A stretch of DNA of 32,000 nucleotides from Microcystis aeruginosa NIES-2549 (GCF_000981785.2 NZ_CP011304.1:2790001-2822000); one strand, 5' to 3'; shown: positions 8,151 to 17,286, numbered from the stretch's first letter. Numbers and translations: made by a program. The notes: a model not told the origin generated them from the sequence alone.

Positions 8151-8789
8151 ATGCGAATTAAAATTTGCGGCATTACCCAACCAGACCAGGGACGAGCGAT
8201 CGCCAATTTAGGAGCTACGGCCTTAGGTTTTATCCTCGTACCGAGTTCGCCTCGTTACGTCAAAATAGAGCAAATTAACGCTATTATCGCCGCAATACCC
8301 GACAAAATTGATTTTATTGGGGTTTTTGCCGACGAGCAACCGGAAATTATTCAGCAAATAATTGTTAAAACCCCCTTGACAAGTGTGCAGTTACATGGTA
8401 TGGAATCTCCCGAATATTGCCAAAGGTTGCGGCAATTATTACCCGACCGGGAAATTATCAAAGCTTTGCGGATTAAAGACAGAGAAAGTTGGGAAAAGTC
8501 GGCAATTTACTTCAATAGCGTCGATACTTTACTTTTAGATGCCTACCATCCCCAATTGCTTGGCGGTACGGGACATACCTTAGACTGGCAAGCCTTAGCC
8601 AGTTTTTCGCCCCCCTTGCCCTGGTTTCTGGCCGGAGGACTCAACCCCGATAATATTGGTGAAGCTTTAACCAGGCTGCACCCCGATGGTATTGATGTCT
8701 CTAGCGGCGTTGAGCGATCGCCTGGTGATAAAGACATCAAAAAAGTCGCCCTCTTGTTAGAGCGACTGCAAAAATCCAGTGATCAGTGA
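8151..8789 (+). CDS. trpF: Phosphoribosylanthranilate isomerase
   Basis: MRIKICGIT at the N-terminus, VQLHG, and [10 protein letters not shown]...GIDVSSGVE at the C-terminus match the TrpF pattern. Confidence 0.93.
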   Translation: MRIKICGITQPDQGRAIANLGATALGFILVPSSPRYVKIEQINAIIAAIPDKIDFIGVFADEQPEIIQQIIVKTPLTSVQLHGMESPEYCQRLRQLLPDREIIKALRIKDRESWEKSAIYFNSVDTLLLDAYHPQLLGGTGHTLDWQALASFSPPLPWFLAGGLNPDNIGEALTRLHPDGIDVSSGVERSPGDKDIKKVALLLERLQKSSDQ

Positions 8790-8801
8790 TCAGCTTCTCA
8801 A

Positions 8802-8829
8802 GGCAAGAGGCAACAGGCAAGAGGCAAAA
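8802..8829. repeat. Heptamer tandem array GGCAANA x4
   Basis: The sequence ggcaaga ggcaaca ggcaaga ggcaaaa lies directly downstream of trpF. It is preceded by a duplicated AGTGATC that overlaps the trpF stop. Confidence 0.85.
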
Positions 8830-8906
8830 GACAGAATCTGACAATTCTCCTACCTAAAAAGAAGGTTAGAAACTAAGCACATCAAAGCTTTTAGCTTAAC
8901 CAATTA

Positions 8907-10588
8907 GGGTTTGCTGAAAAAGTCATTGAAAAGTACAGGTCTCTTAATCAATGATTTCACTTAGCTACAAGCATAAGCTTTAGTTGTTGATTAATTTTTA
9001 AGTTATAACTTATCCTAATCATTGACCGAGAAAAAGTGCTGTTTTTCCATTTCAGACATAAAAAAGCCCAAAAAACCTGCCTCAACAGGTTAGAAAGATT
9101 CATGACTAAAAAAGTAATAGCAATCGCTGAAAAGGAAGTATGAGGAAGTTTAGCCATCACTTTACCTAAGCTAAATCTTCTTTTCCCCTGTCCAAATTTG
9201 CCCTCTATACAATTCCGAATCCTCTCATCATCGGTAGCTTGTTTCTTTTGTTCTTTACTAACATTTTTGGCTGGTCTTCCTAATGGGGGACCACTGATTC
9301 TGATTCCCCTTTCTTTACACCAAGCTCGGTTTTCTCTGGTTCGATAAATTTTGTCCACATGAACTGATTCTGGATAGTATCCTGTATAGTCATAATAAGC
9401 TTCTATTTGTGCTTTTAAATCTCCTGATTCATTAAAGTTATCCCAACTAATTCGGTCTAAAAATATGTAACCATCTATACAGCTTGCTGAGAATTTAGCC
9501 CCAAATTCTACGGGTTTTCCAGCTTTTCCTCTGACTATCGGACGGATGTGGGGTTGAGTTAAGCTGACAATTCTGTCTTCAATACTCTGTTTGTTATTTT
9601 GGTACATCCAGAGTTGTTGACGATAAACTTCTGTGACTACTAACAACAGTTTATAGTCTCTTTTTTTCAAGCTTTGTAGAGAGGCTCCTTCTGCTAAAAG
9701 TTGTTCAATATGGTCGAGATTTCTTTTCAGATATTGCAGTTGTCTTTTCAGAGCTTTTCGTCTTTGTTTGACGGTAGGTTTTCTTTTTTTCGCTACTTCT
9801 AAATAACTTTTTCTGGCTAGAAGACGATAGGTTCTCGGTTTTTGAACAAGTTTTCCTTTTAAAGTTTCATAGAGAATATCAATAATTTTTTCGGTTTGTT
9901 TTCTTCCTTGATTTAACAGGTTTAAATCCGTAGGATAACTAATATCTGCGGGCGCACAACTGGCATCTAAAATTAATTTACCTCGATTTTCTGGTTGACT
10001 TTGGGTTTCGCTCTCTAACTTTTTTTCGGTGTTTTCTTCTTCTTTTATTTCTCTCGAATTTTTGACCATAAAGCGATTCACTTTATTAATTAGTTCCAGA
10101 GTGATTCTTTCTCGAAAGTGAACCAACATTGACGCTTCAAACCGGGGTTCATTGCTGTAGGATGAAAACCCCAAGAAGTATTGTAAATAAGGATTTTCTT
10201 TGATTTGTTCTACCGTTTCTCTATCGCTTGTTCCTAATTTTTCTTTAATAATTAATGCTCCGAGTGCTGTCCTGAATGTTTTGGCGGGTGTGCCCATTTC
10301 TTCTGAAAAAAGTGATGCGTATTCCGCTTCAAATTCTGACCAGGGAATGAGGTTGGCCATAATTACCCAACGATTGTCTTGGGATAATTTCCCCTCAAAG
10401 GGCAGCTCGAAGTTTTCTGGTGGGGTTGAGGGTAACTCGCTTTTACGGTACATTAGCACTAATTAGAGAAGATGCAAGGGTGATGCAAGGGTTTTAAGAG
10501 ATTCTAGCAGATTTAAGTGCATTTGGGAAGCTCTCAATCAAGCTAAAAGCCCTTTCCTGTAAGGTTTTTACCATTATTCAGCAAACCC
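8907..10588 (-). mobile_element. IS5-superfamily insertion sequence, apparently intact
   Basis: A perfect 12-bp terminal inverted repeat, GGGTTTGCTGAA (8907-8918), matches TTCAGCAAACCC (10577-10588), with imperfect continuation inward (both arms reach TACAGG). Identical CAATTA hexamers flank it at 8901-8906 and 10589-10594; these are either a target duplication or AATT-containing outer IR bases. It contains one uninterrupted transposase ORF. Confidence 0.8.
8957..10453 (-). CDS. IS5-family DDE transposase
   Basis: The ~498-aa ORF has the typical IS5/IS1182-like N-terminus (FELPFEGKLSQDNRWVIMANLIPWSEFE, TFRTALGALIIKEKLGTSDRETVEQIKENPYLQYFLGF) and a C-terminal catalytic region (HVDKIYRTRENRAWCKERGIRISGPPLGRP). 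ATG at 10453 is two codons inside the listed GTG. Confidence 0.9.
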   Translation of the reverse strand: MYRKSELPSTPPENFELPFEGKLSQDNRWVIMANLIPWSEFEAEYASLFSEEMGTPAKTFRTALGALIIKEKLGTSDRETVEQIKENPYLQYFLGFSSYSNEPRFEASMLVHFRERITLELINKVNRFMVKNSREIKEEENTEKKLESETQSQPENRGKLILDASCAPADISYPTDLNLLNQGRKQTEKIIDILYETLKGKLVQKPRTYRLLARKSYLEVAKKRKPTVKQRRKALKRQLQYLKRNLDHIEQLLAEGASLQSLKKRDYKLLLVVTEVYRQQLWMYQNNKQSIEDRIVSLTQPHIRPIVRGKAGKPVEFGAKFSASCIDGYIFLDRISWDNFNESGDLKAQIEAYYDYTGYYPESVHVDKIYRTRENRAWCKERGIRISGPPLGRPAKNVSKEQKKQATDDERIRNCIEGKFGQGKRRFSLGKVMAKLPHTSFSAIAITFLVMNLSNLLRQVFWAFLCLKWKNSTFSRSMIRISYNLKINQQLKLMLVAK

Positions 10589-10617
10589 CAATTAGGTCTT
10601 AGATTCGGTCGAGTTAG

Positions 10618-10673
10618 AAGGTTTTGGGTTTTAGGGTTTTAGGGTTTTAGGGTGTTGGGGTGTTGGGGTTTTA
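10618..10673 (+). repeat. G-tract octamer tandem array (GGGTTTTA x4, GGGTGTTG x2)
   Basis: Six consecutive 8-mers run from 10626 to 10673, preceded by a degenerate unit. They give six GGG/GGGG tracts separated by 4-5 nt. Confidence 0.9.
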
Positions 10674-10680
10674 GTTGAAA

Positions 10681-10734
10681 TTTCCCCATTCCCCCATTCC
10701 CCCATTTCCCCATTTCCCAATTTCCCCATTTCCC
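10681..10734 (+). repeat. C-tract tandem array (CCCCATT(T) units, 7 C-tracts)
   Basis: The sequence is tttccccattcccccattcccccatttccccatttcccaatttccccatttccc. It ends 3 nt before the folE stop codon (10738-10740, minus strand), so it is G-rich in the folE 3' UTR. Confidence 0.9.
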
Positions 10735-10737
10735 TGA

Positions 10738-11436
10738 CTAGAAGAAATTGGGTTTATGACGGATCAGGTTAAGATACTCCTCGCGGGTTTTCTGCTCGTC
10801 TTGGAAGACTCCTAACATGGCGCTGGTGACAGTCCAAGATCCCGGTTTCTGCACCCCGCGCATCACCATGCACATATGAGTTGCTTCCATGACGACTGCA
10901 ACCCCTTGGGGGTCGAGAATTTCTTGAATCGCTTCGGCAATCTGACGGGTGAGGCGCTCTTGCACCTGTAAACGACGGGAATACATTTCCACAATGCGGG
11001 CCAATTTACTTAATCCGACCACCTTTTGGTTAGGAATATAGGCAACGTGGGCCCGACCCATGAAGGGTAACATATGATGTTCACAGAGACTAAAGAAGTC
11101 AATATCGCGCACTAATACCATCTCATTATGACCTTCATCGAAGATCGCACCATTAACGAGGGTTTCTAGGGATTGTTGATAGCCCTGGGTGAGAAACTGC
11201 ATCGCTTCGGCCACCCGTTTGGGGGTTTTTAATAAACCTTCTCTTTCGGGATCTTCCCCCACCGAGATCAGGATATTTCTGACCGCATCCATCATCTGTT
11301 CTTTATTTTCGTCGGAAGTTGGATGAATTTGGGCGGTTTTGCCATTGTGGGTGTTGCGATCGGGGCGAGTGGTCACGCGTGCTTGGATAGCGTCGGTTAG
11401 ATTACCGTTTAAACCGTTAGAAGAAGCTATGGTCAT
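10738..11436 (-). CDS. folE: GTP cyclohydrolase I
   Basis: The conserved core reads [63 protein letters not shown] at 11436 is chosen because the longer track ORF (to 11502) overlaps the 3' end of the upstream SDR gene. Confidence 0.93.
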   Translation of the reverse strand: MTIASSNGLNGNLTDAIQARVTTRPDRNTHNGKTAQIHPTSDENKEQMMDAVRNILISVGEDPEREGLLKTPKRVAEAMQFLTQGYQQSLETLVNGAIFDEGHNEMVLVRDIDFFSLCEHHMLPFMGRAHVAYIPNQKVVGLSKLARIVEMYSRRLQVQERLTRQIAEAIQEILDPQGVAVVMEATHMCMVMRGVQKPGSWTVTSAMLGVFQDEQKTREEYLNLIRHKPNFF

Positions 11437-11485
11437 AATGAGGATGCCTGTAGGCGAATTGATCAATAAATAGAAGTATTTTGGG

Positions 11486-12214
11486 TTATAATGCCCCCGC
11501 ACTGGGCATAATGGTCATCGTTTCCACTACGGCCTGTTTGGGCAGTAACACCGCTTGCAGAATGGCCTGAGCGATGATATCCGGGGTTAACATGGCCGAG
11601 CGATCGAAATCTGCTTTGACGCTATCGCTGTCCCAGATGGGAGTATTGACAGCCCCGGGGGTGATAATCGTGACGCGAATGGCGTTAGCCCGCTCCTCGA
11701 TCGCTAAAATGCGAGAAAATGCCACTAATGCCGCTTTGCTGACACTATAGGCCCCCCAATCGGGGAAAAAATTATCGGCGGCGATCGAAGAAACGTTAAT
11801 AATCGTGCCTCCCCCCTGTTGACGCATAGCAGGTAAAATCCCTTGCACGCACTGGTAAACACTGGTTAAATTCAGGTCGATCACCCGCTGCCAGTCTGAC
11901 AAAGGTGTGTCGGCCAAGGGGTTTGTGTAACCCATGCCGGCATTATTGATCAGAATGTCGATCGGTCCGGATTCTTGGGCGATTTTAGCGATACTAGGAG
12001 CTACTTCCGGGATATCTGCCAAATCTAAGGGGTAAGCTTGGGCTGATACGCCTAAATCTGCCGCCATTGCCGCCACGGTTGCCAATTTTTGTTGATCGCG
12101 ACCGATTAAAACCAGATTAATTCCCGCCTTGGCGAAAGCGAGGGCGGTTTCTTTGCCGATGCCGCTACTGGCTCCGGTGATCAGCGCTCGCTGTTGACGA
12201 ATAACAGAGTTCAT
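11486..12214 (-). CDS. Short-chain dehydrogenase/reductase (SDR) family oxidoreductase
   Basis: The ORF has the cofactor motif [19 protein letters not shown], and the catalytic S...YSVSK (YxxxK). Confidence 0.88.
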   Translation of the reverse strand: MNSVIRQQRALITGASSGIGKETALAFAKAGINLVLIGRDQQKLATVAAMAADLGVSAQAYPLDLADIPEVAPSIAKIAQESGPIDILINNAGMGYTNPLADTPLSDWQRVIDLNLTSVYQCVQGILPAMRQQGGGTIINVSSIAADNFFPDWGAYSVSKAALVAFSRILAIEERANAIRVTIITPGAVNTPIWDSDSVKADFDRSAMLTPDIIAQAILQAVLLPKQAVVETMTIMPSAGAL

Positions 12215-12559
12215 GGTATAATCTGAAATCTCTTAATTCCGGGTAGTTAGGGCAAAATTTTGGCGGTCAGGGAGACCCTAGAAAGGTTTAAGGGAATTGG
12301 GTTGGATCGGAGCAATTTTTCTCGCACCAAAATTGCCGCGTCCACCTGGGACGGGGGGAAGCATTGACTATCGGGTAGGTTCAAGATTAAGAATCGTTAC
12401 AAAATTTTACCTAGCCAATTATAGCACTGTTAAGTCAGGGATCACTAATTTTTGTGTATATTCAGATAGATATCTAACCAGGGAGAGAAAAAAGCGGCCT
12501 GGTGGGCGAGAATTCTTGAGGCTGTCTTGGTGGAAAACTCCCTCTCCCTGCGCTCAAAA

Positions 12560-13465
12560 CTACTCACCGGAGGAGATGGCGGCGCTGGGTTGACTGCGAT
12601 TGACAATCACCACTCGATCGCCGACAACGGGACTTCTAGCTAGGAGAATTCCCTCGTTATCCTTCATTTCCAAGCGGCGAAAATCGAGACTTTGGCAACG
12701 TTGAAAAACCGAATTAGCCAATTTATCCTGTTGTGATGCCTCCAGGCTATACCAATTATCGCCCAAAATAACTACTAGACGACTAGCTAAAAAGTCCGCT
12801 TCTACGCTAGAAATAATCCCGGCGGGATAACGAGTAGTTAAATCGGTAATTTCCTCTTGAATGGCTGCGACTAAACTTTGTTCGGGAGTTAATCGCGGTT
12901 TTGCTTTGGTAATCGGGACCGGAATCGGTGCCTCTGGTGCGGTTAATTCCGGGGGAGTTTCGATAATTTCCCCGGCTGCCGGTGGAGGACTGGGGACAAC
13001 TTCAGGCATATTTTCGGCAATTTCCGCCGGATTTTTCGGTAAACTGATCACGGCTACTAAGAGGATAGTGACTAAACTTCCTGTTAACAAGCCGGTGATT
13101 AACCAATCGGGAATTTTTTCGCTAATTCCCCCGGGTAAAAGTCGGCGAATTTTGTTCAAAATTGCCGTCCACCACCCTTCCACCTGATCGAAATCCGGTA
13201 AAATATCGTCGATTCCCTCGGCTGCTTCGATGGGAGAATCTGGGGTTAAACTTTGCTCAACTCCGGCGAATTCATCTGGTTTTAAAGCAGCGGCTAACTG
13301 TTGCGTTGAGTTAAGAAGATTATCAACAGCAACTTTTGGGGGTAACACTGTCCCCGTTCCCGTGTTAAGTTGGGAAACGATCGAATTTAACTGCTCGATC
13401 GCCTCCTGTAGTCGGCTCACCGTTTCTGCTTGGCTGAAATTCTCTCGCTCATTTGGTTGAGTCAT
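12560..13465 (-). CDS. Hypothetical membrane protein (N-terminal coiled segment, one TM helix, Pro-rich linker, C-terminal globular domain)
   Basis: The 301-aa ORF has an ATG start, a hydrophobic segment WLITGLLTGSLVTILLVAVISL, then PEVVPSPPPAAGEIIETPPELTAPEAPIPVP. No family is recognised. Confidence 0.6.
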   Translation of the reverse strand: MTQPNERENFSQAETVSRLQEAIEQLNSIVSQLNTGTGTVLPPKVAVDNLLNSTQQLAAALKPDEFAGVEQSLTPDSPIEAAEGIDDILPDFDQVEGWWTAILNKIRRLLPGGISEKIPDWLITGLLTGSLVTILLVAVISLPKNPAEIAENMPEVVPSPPPAAGEIIETPPELTAPEAPIPVPITKAKPRLTPEQSLVAAIQEEITDLTTRYPAGIISSVEADFLASRLVVILGDNWYSLEASQQDKLANSVFQRCQSLDFRRLEMKDNEGILLARSPVVGDRVVIVNRSQPSAAISSGE

Positions 13466-13513
13466 AATTAATTCTTCTTAACCCGCTGCCATTCTTTTTC
13501 AAAATATCATTGT

Positions 13514-13921
13514 ATGCGCCGTTTTCTCGGTTTTTTAACCAGTATTTTCCTTGTCTTCCTGACTGCTTGTGGTAGTGTTACTCCCCCGCAAGAATTTGCA
13601 CCCCCTGGAGAAATCGTCACTAAAGCCCTTTTATTACAATTTCGTCACACATCCGATCGCCTTAGTCAATCTTTACAGATCGATGAGCCGCAGGTAAAAA
13701 TTGCTAAAATTAATGTCACCAGTCTGGAACCGATTTATGTGGGCAATTTGCCCGCTTATCACTTGCAGGGAGATTACGATCTAACTCTGCAATTGCCCCA
13801 TCAAAAAGATACCAAACAACACAACAATTTTGATCTTTATTTACAAAGACAGATCGAGGGGAAAACTTGGCGTTTACTCGAAGAAGTTGCCTCCCAATGG
13901 CGCAGCTATTTAGTCAAATAA
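13514..13921 (+). CDS. Hypothetical lipoprotein
   Basis: The signal peptide has a lipobox (FLVFLTAC, with Cys after LTA). The ORF is 135 aa and no family is recognised. Confidence 0.6.
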   Translation: MRRFLGFLTSIFLVFLTACGSVTPPQEFAPPGEIVTKALLLQFRHTSDRLSQSLQIDEPQVKIAKINVTSLEPIYVGNLPAYHLQGDYDLTLQLPHQKDTKQHNNFDLYLQRQIEGKTWRLLEEVASQWRSYLVK

Positions 13922-13953
13922 CCGGAAAAAGCCGAGGGATTTTGCTATAGTCT

Positions 13954-14358
13954 ATGATCAACAGCAATGACAATCCTCAAAGGGAAAATTTAGCGATCAT
14001 GATTACCTGTCCTCGTTGTCAGCACAAGGTCGATAGTCAAGCCTTACGATGTCCCTACTGTGCTAATATTTTAAAGGCCTATGGTCATCCCGGCATGACC
14101 CTGCATCAAGCCGTCACGGGCGAGTTTTTATGTGAAACTTGTCTCTACCATGGCGATGATAGCTGTAATTTTCCCCAACGTCCCTACGCTACCAGTTGCA
14201 CTTTATACAAAAATAGCCAAATAATAGCCGAAAAAATTCCTCCTCTCCCGCTGCCTAGGGTTTTTAAAAATTGGTGTCTTAGAAATAAGGGATTATTACT
14301 ATTATTAACCATGATTTTGGGCAGTATTGCCCTGGCTTTTATAAACTCACGTCGTTAA
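13954..14358 (+). CDS. Zinc-ribbon domain protein with C-terminal TM anchor
   Basis: CPRCQHKV...CPYCANIL is followed by additional Cys/His pairs and a C-terminal hydrophobic helix LLLLLTMILGSIALAFI. Its 3' end overlaps the convergent nblS 3' end by 20 nt. Confidence 0.55.
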   Translation: MINSNDNPQRENLAIMITCPRCQHKVDSQALRCPYCANILKAYGHPGMTLHQAVTGEFLCETCLYHGDDSCNFPQRPYATSCTLYKNSQIIAEKIPPLPLPRVFKNWCLRNKGLLLLLTMILGSIALAFINSRR

Positions 14359-16330
14359 TTTTCTTGCTGGCGATCAAGCCTTGATATAGAGCTAGATCGA
14401 ACCAGAAAGTTGTGCCAATTCCCACTTCACTAATCAAATTAATTTGACTATAGTGCTTTTCAATAATATTTTTGACTATCGATAATCCTAATCCCGTCCC
14501 TTCTAGGGTATGAACGCGATTTTCTACCCGATAGAAGCGATCAAATATGGCACTTTGATCCTCGGCATCAATGCCAATACCAGTATCGGATACTTCCACG
14601 CGAATTTTGATAGTTTCTTGGGGATTATCTTTGGTTATTTTATAGGCACGAATCACCACTTTACCGCCGGCAGGAGTAAATTTTAGGGAGTTACCGACTA
14701 GATTAGTTAATACCTGTAAGAGTAGATCATAATGGCCTAAAATTGGTAGTAAATTGGCTTCAATTTCCGAGCTTAATTCTAGTCCTTTATCCCTAGCATT
14801 GAGTTGATAGGTCCTTAGGGTTTGTTCGATTAATTGTCCGATATCGATCGCATCTAAGTTATAGTTACGCGAGGATTCTAACCGAGAAAGATCGAGAACA
14901 TCATTAACTAAACGAGTTAAGCGATCGGTTTCATGATTAGCGGTTTCTAAAAACTCTCTTTTTTCTGTATCGCTGAGATCCTCACCAAATTCTGTCAGGG
15001 TTTCAATGAAAGATTTGATGTTAAATAAAGGGGTTCTTAACTCATGGGAAACATTGCTGATAAATTGACTTTTTGCCTCATTTAATTCTGTTTCTCTGGT
15101 GATATCCTGTAGCGTCATGGCAATTCCCCGGACATTCTCCCGATACTGATCGAATACCTGAGTTAACAAAATGCGAATTGTGCAGGGTTTCGGGTTAGTT
15201 AAAGATAATCTAAATTCCGCAGGAGAATAGTTATTATTTTCCCCATCAATAACAGCATTTTTCTGATTTTGATTAGCGGTTTCTTCAGTCTGGAGGGGTT
15301 CTCCCGCCGCAATTTGATAGAGAGGTTTAGTTAGTTTAACCGTTAACTCCGAAGGAAAAAGATGTAGAACATTTTGACCGATAATTTCCCGATCTTCCCA
15401 GCCAAATATTTCCCGAGCTGCGGGATTAATTAATAATAATTGAAAATTAGTATCTAAGAGAATTGCTCCATCAGCAATAGTGGACATTAACGTATCTAGT
15501 TTGGCTTTTTCGGCGGTCATTTCTTCGATATTTTGTTCCTCGTATCGCTCTAACTTTTCCGCCATTTCATTAAAACTGAGAATTAATTCCCCCAACTCTC
15601 CTCCCAGGGGTAAATCAACGCGCTGCTTAAAATTTCCCGCTGCAATATTTTTGACCCCGACTAATAACTCCTTGATCGGTTTGGTGATAGTTAAAGCATT
15701 AAAAACCGCTCCGAGAATCACCATAGCCCAGATCGAGACAAAAACGGCAATAGTCACATCACGGGTTAGATTAGAAGAAGCCACCACAATAGCGTTAGGA
15801 TTGATCCCGATCGCCAATACTCCCAAATATTTGCCTTCGTGATTCAAGGGAACAAAGACATCGGTTACTTCACCGTCGGGGGTTTTATGCTGACGGACGA
15901 GGGGAGTTTCCCCATTTTCGCCATAATTTTCCGGTAATTGAATGCGACGCTCGATCGTCAGGGAATTCTTAACTTCGGCGGTAGAATAGGGAATGCCGAA
16001 AAATATTTGACCCTCTTCGTTAGCGTAGATCAAATAACGAACACTGGAGGTACTACTGTAAAAACGGGCTGAAAAACGGGCTAAATCGGTTAAATTATCT
16101 TCAGCAATGAGAGGGGAGACATTAGCGGCTAATAACAGCCCCAAATCCCGGCCAAAACGGGTATCATTGAGACGCACATCCTGCTGGATCGTGTTAACCG
16201 CCCAAAAGGTTAAACCACTCATCAACAAGGAGACGGCTAAAGTAGCCGCAGCCATTAATTTAGTTTGGAGAGTGAATTCGGACCACCAACGGGCGATCGC
16301 TTTTCGGAGACTGGGCAGAAAATTAGACAC
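14339..16330 (-). CDS. nblS: Sensor histidine kinase NblS/Hik33 (DspA) type: 2 TM, HAMP, PAS, HisKA, HATPase
   Basis: The 663-aa ORF has an N-terminal TM pair, a HAMP-like segment (ITKPIKELLVGVKNIAAGNF), a PAS region (ILLDTNFQLLLINPAAREIFGW), the H-box FISNVSHELRTPLFNIKSFIETL, and N/G boxes (LVGNSLKFT, DTGIGI, GTGLGLSIV). Length and architecture match Hik33/NblS. The start codon is GTG. Confidence 0.88.
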   Translation of the reverse strand: MSNFLPSLRKAIARWWSEFTLQTKLMAAATLAVSLLMSGLTFWAVNTIQQDVRLNDTRFGRDLGLLLAANVSPLIAEDNLTDLARFSARFYSSTSSVRYLIYANEEGQIFFGIPYSTAEVKNSLTIERRIQLPENYGENGETPLVRQHKTPDGEVTDVFVPLNHEGKYLGVLAIGINPNAIVVASSNLTRDVTIAVFVSIWAMVILGAVFNALTITKPIKELLVGVKNIAAGNFKQRVDLPLGGELGELILSFNEMAEKLERYEEQNIEEMTAEKAKLDTLMSTIADGAILLDTNFQLLLINPAAREIFGWEDREIIGQNVLHLFPSELTVKLTKPLYQIAAGEPLQTEETANQNQKNAVIDGENNNYSPAEFRLSLTNPKPCTIRILLTQVFDQYRENVRGIAMTLQDITRETELNEAKSQFISNVSHELRTPLFNIKSFIETLTEFGEDLSDTEKREFLETANHETDRLTRLVNDVLDLSRLESSRNYNLDAIDIGQLIEQTLRTYQLNARDKGLELSSEIEANLLPILGHYDLLLQVLTNLVGNSLKFTPAGGKVVIRAYKITKDNPQETIKIRVEVSDTGIGIDAEDQSAIFDRFYRVENRVHTLEGTGLGLSIVKNIIEKHYSQINLISEVGIGTTFWFDLALYQGLIASKKINDVSL

Positions 16331-16445
16331 GGTTAGGCAGGATTAATCTGTATTCTTGACTACTCTATCGCTCAAATCGCGGGTTAATATGATCATCTTA
16401 ACTCATTATTAAGCTGGTAGCCGTTAAACCGGCACTAATCAAAGT

Positions 16446-16793
16446 CTAAGTCTCCGAGAAAGTCAAGAAATGCCCAAAAGCGCCGACAGTTCTAATTTTA
16501 GCCACCCCCGGTACTTCTGTGGTGTAGATACTGAACACACCTAGATTTTGCCGTTGACTAGAGGTTTCAATCGCTGGTTTTAAGATTTGATTTTTGATCA
16601 CATTTCTGGCTGCCACCGGCAAAGAATCGATCGAGTCACAGAGACTGATTTTCTCGCAAGCAATTTTGTCGGCATGAGCGAGAAGTTTTTCCGAGGCGTA
16701 TTCGCTGTAAAGTTCTTGGGGGGGATTGGTAAATCCCATAATCCCCGCTACCACCCCCAGGGCGATCGCTCCCTTGAAGAAATTACCCCCCAT
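16446..16793 (-). CDS. DUF4359-like small membrane-anchored protein
   Basis: The N-terminal TM helix is followed by FTNPPQELYSEYASEKLL and C-terminal GVFSIYTT...VGAFGHF. This resembles the cyanobacterial DUF4359 pattern. Confidence 0.6.
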   Translation of the reverse strand: MGGNFFKGAIALGVVAGIMGFTNPPQELYSEYASEKLLAHADKIACEKISLCDSIDSLPVAARNVIKNQILKPAIETSSQRQNLGVFSIYTTEVPGVAKIRTVGAFGHFLTFSET

Positions 16794-16874
16794 AGCTAGT
16801 TAGCTCCTTGATTTTGTCTTCTCCACTCTATTTTGACAAGACATTTTCGATCTGACTAGGGAGCGGTGTTAATT

Positions 16875-17048
16875 TCTTAAACCAATACCGGGTGCATAGC
16901 ACTCTAGTACATTTCCCGTGAGACTGCAGCTAATTAACAGATAATCACAGTGAGAACAGGCGGTGCTAATGAGATGATGTTCTAAAATATGCTGTCTTTC
17001 GGCAAAATTTCCACAATTAGGACAGCGTACTTGTTGTCGGGTGATCAT
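16875..17048 (-). CDS. Small (57 aa) zinc-ribbon-like protein, not in the supplied ORF track
   Basis: My own translation of the minus strand gives MITRQQVRCPNCGNFAERQHILEHHLISTACSHCDYLLISCSLTGNVLECYAPGIGLRN, followed by a stop. It has CxxC and CxxC pairs, and GAGG lies 8 nt upstream of the ATG at 17048. It is below the track's apparent 60-aa cutoff. Confidence 0.5.
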
Positions 17049-17286
17049 AGCAAACCTCGTTAATTAGTTATCTTTTGTATATAAAGCTAGTTTTTCTTGA
17101 TCCCAATTGGTTTAAGTCTATTTTTTCCTTGATCCCCATTATGGAGTCGCTAATCTGATCTGGCTAGTAATTTTTACTAAACTTTGCAATTTTTCTTGAA
17201 AAATTTAATAATTTCTTTCTAGTTTTTTTTACCGTGATCGGATATGTGTCGTAATTTTGGGGAAGAGAAAGCCAGAAAGCGAACTT

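Noticed and set aside
12297-12593. 98-aa + strand ORF in the SDR upstream spacer
   Set aside because: It starts at a non-ATG codon and has Arg/Gly/Pro-rich odd composition. It runs into the 3' end of the convergent 12560-13465 gene. More likely this is non-coding promoter/UTR sequence. A 9-bp long-range inverted repeat, CAGGGAGAG (12479-12487) with CTCTCCCTG (12542-12550), was noted here, but it has no terminator-like U-run after it.
12861-13460. ORFs 12861-13187 (+) and 13230-13460 (+)
   Set aside because: They are antisense to the 301-aa membrane protein ORF. The Gly/Ser/Ala-rich products mirror the Pro-rich linker on the other strand.
15480-16346. ORFs 15480-15842 (+) and 16107-16346 (+), antisense to nblS
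   Set aside because: They are antisense to a full-length histidine kinase with all its domains intact. There are no motifs, and no RBS is evident.
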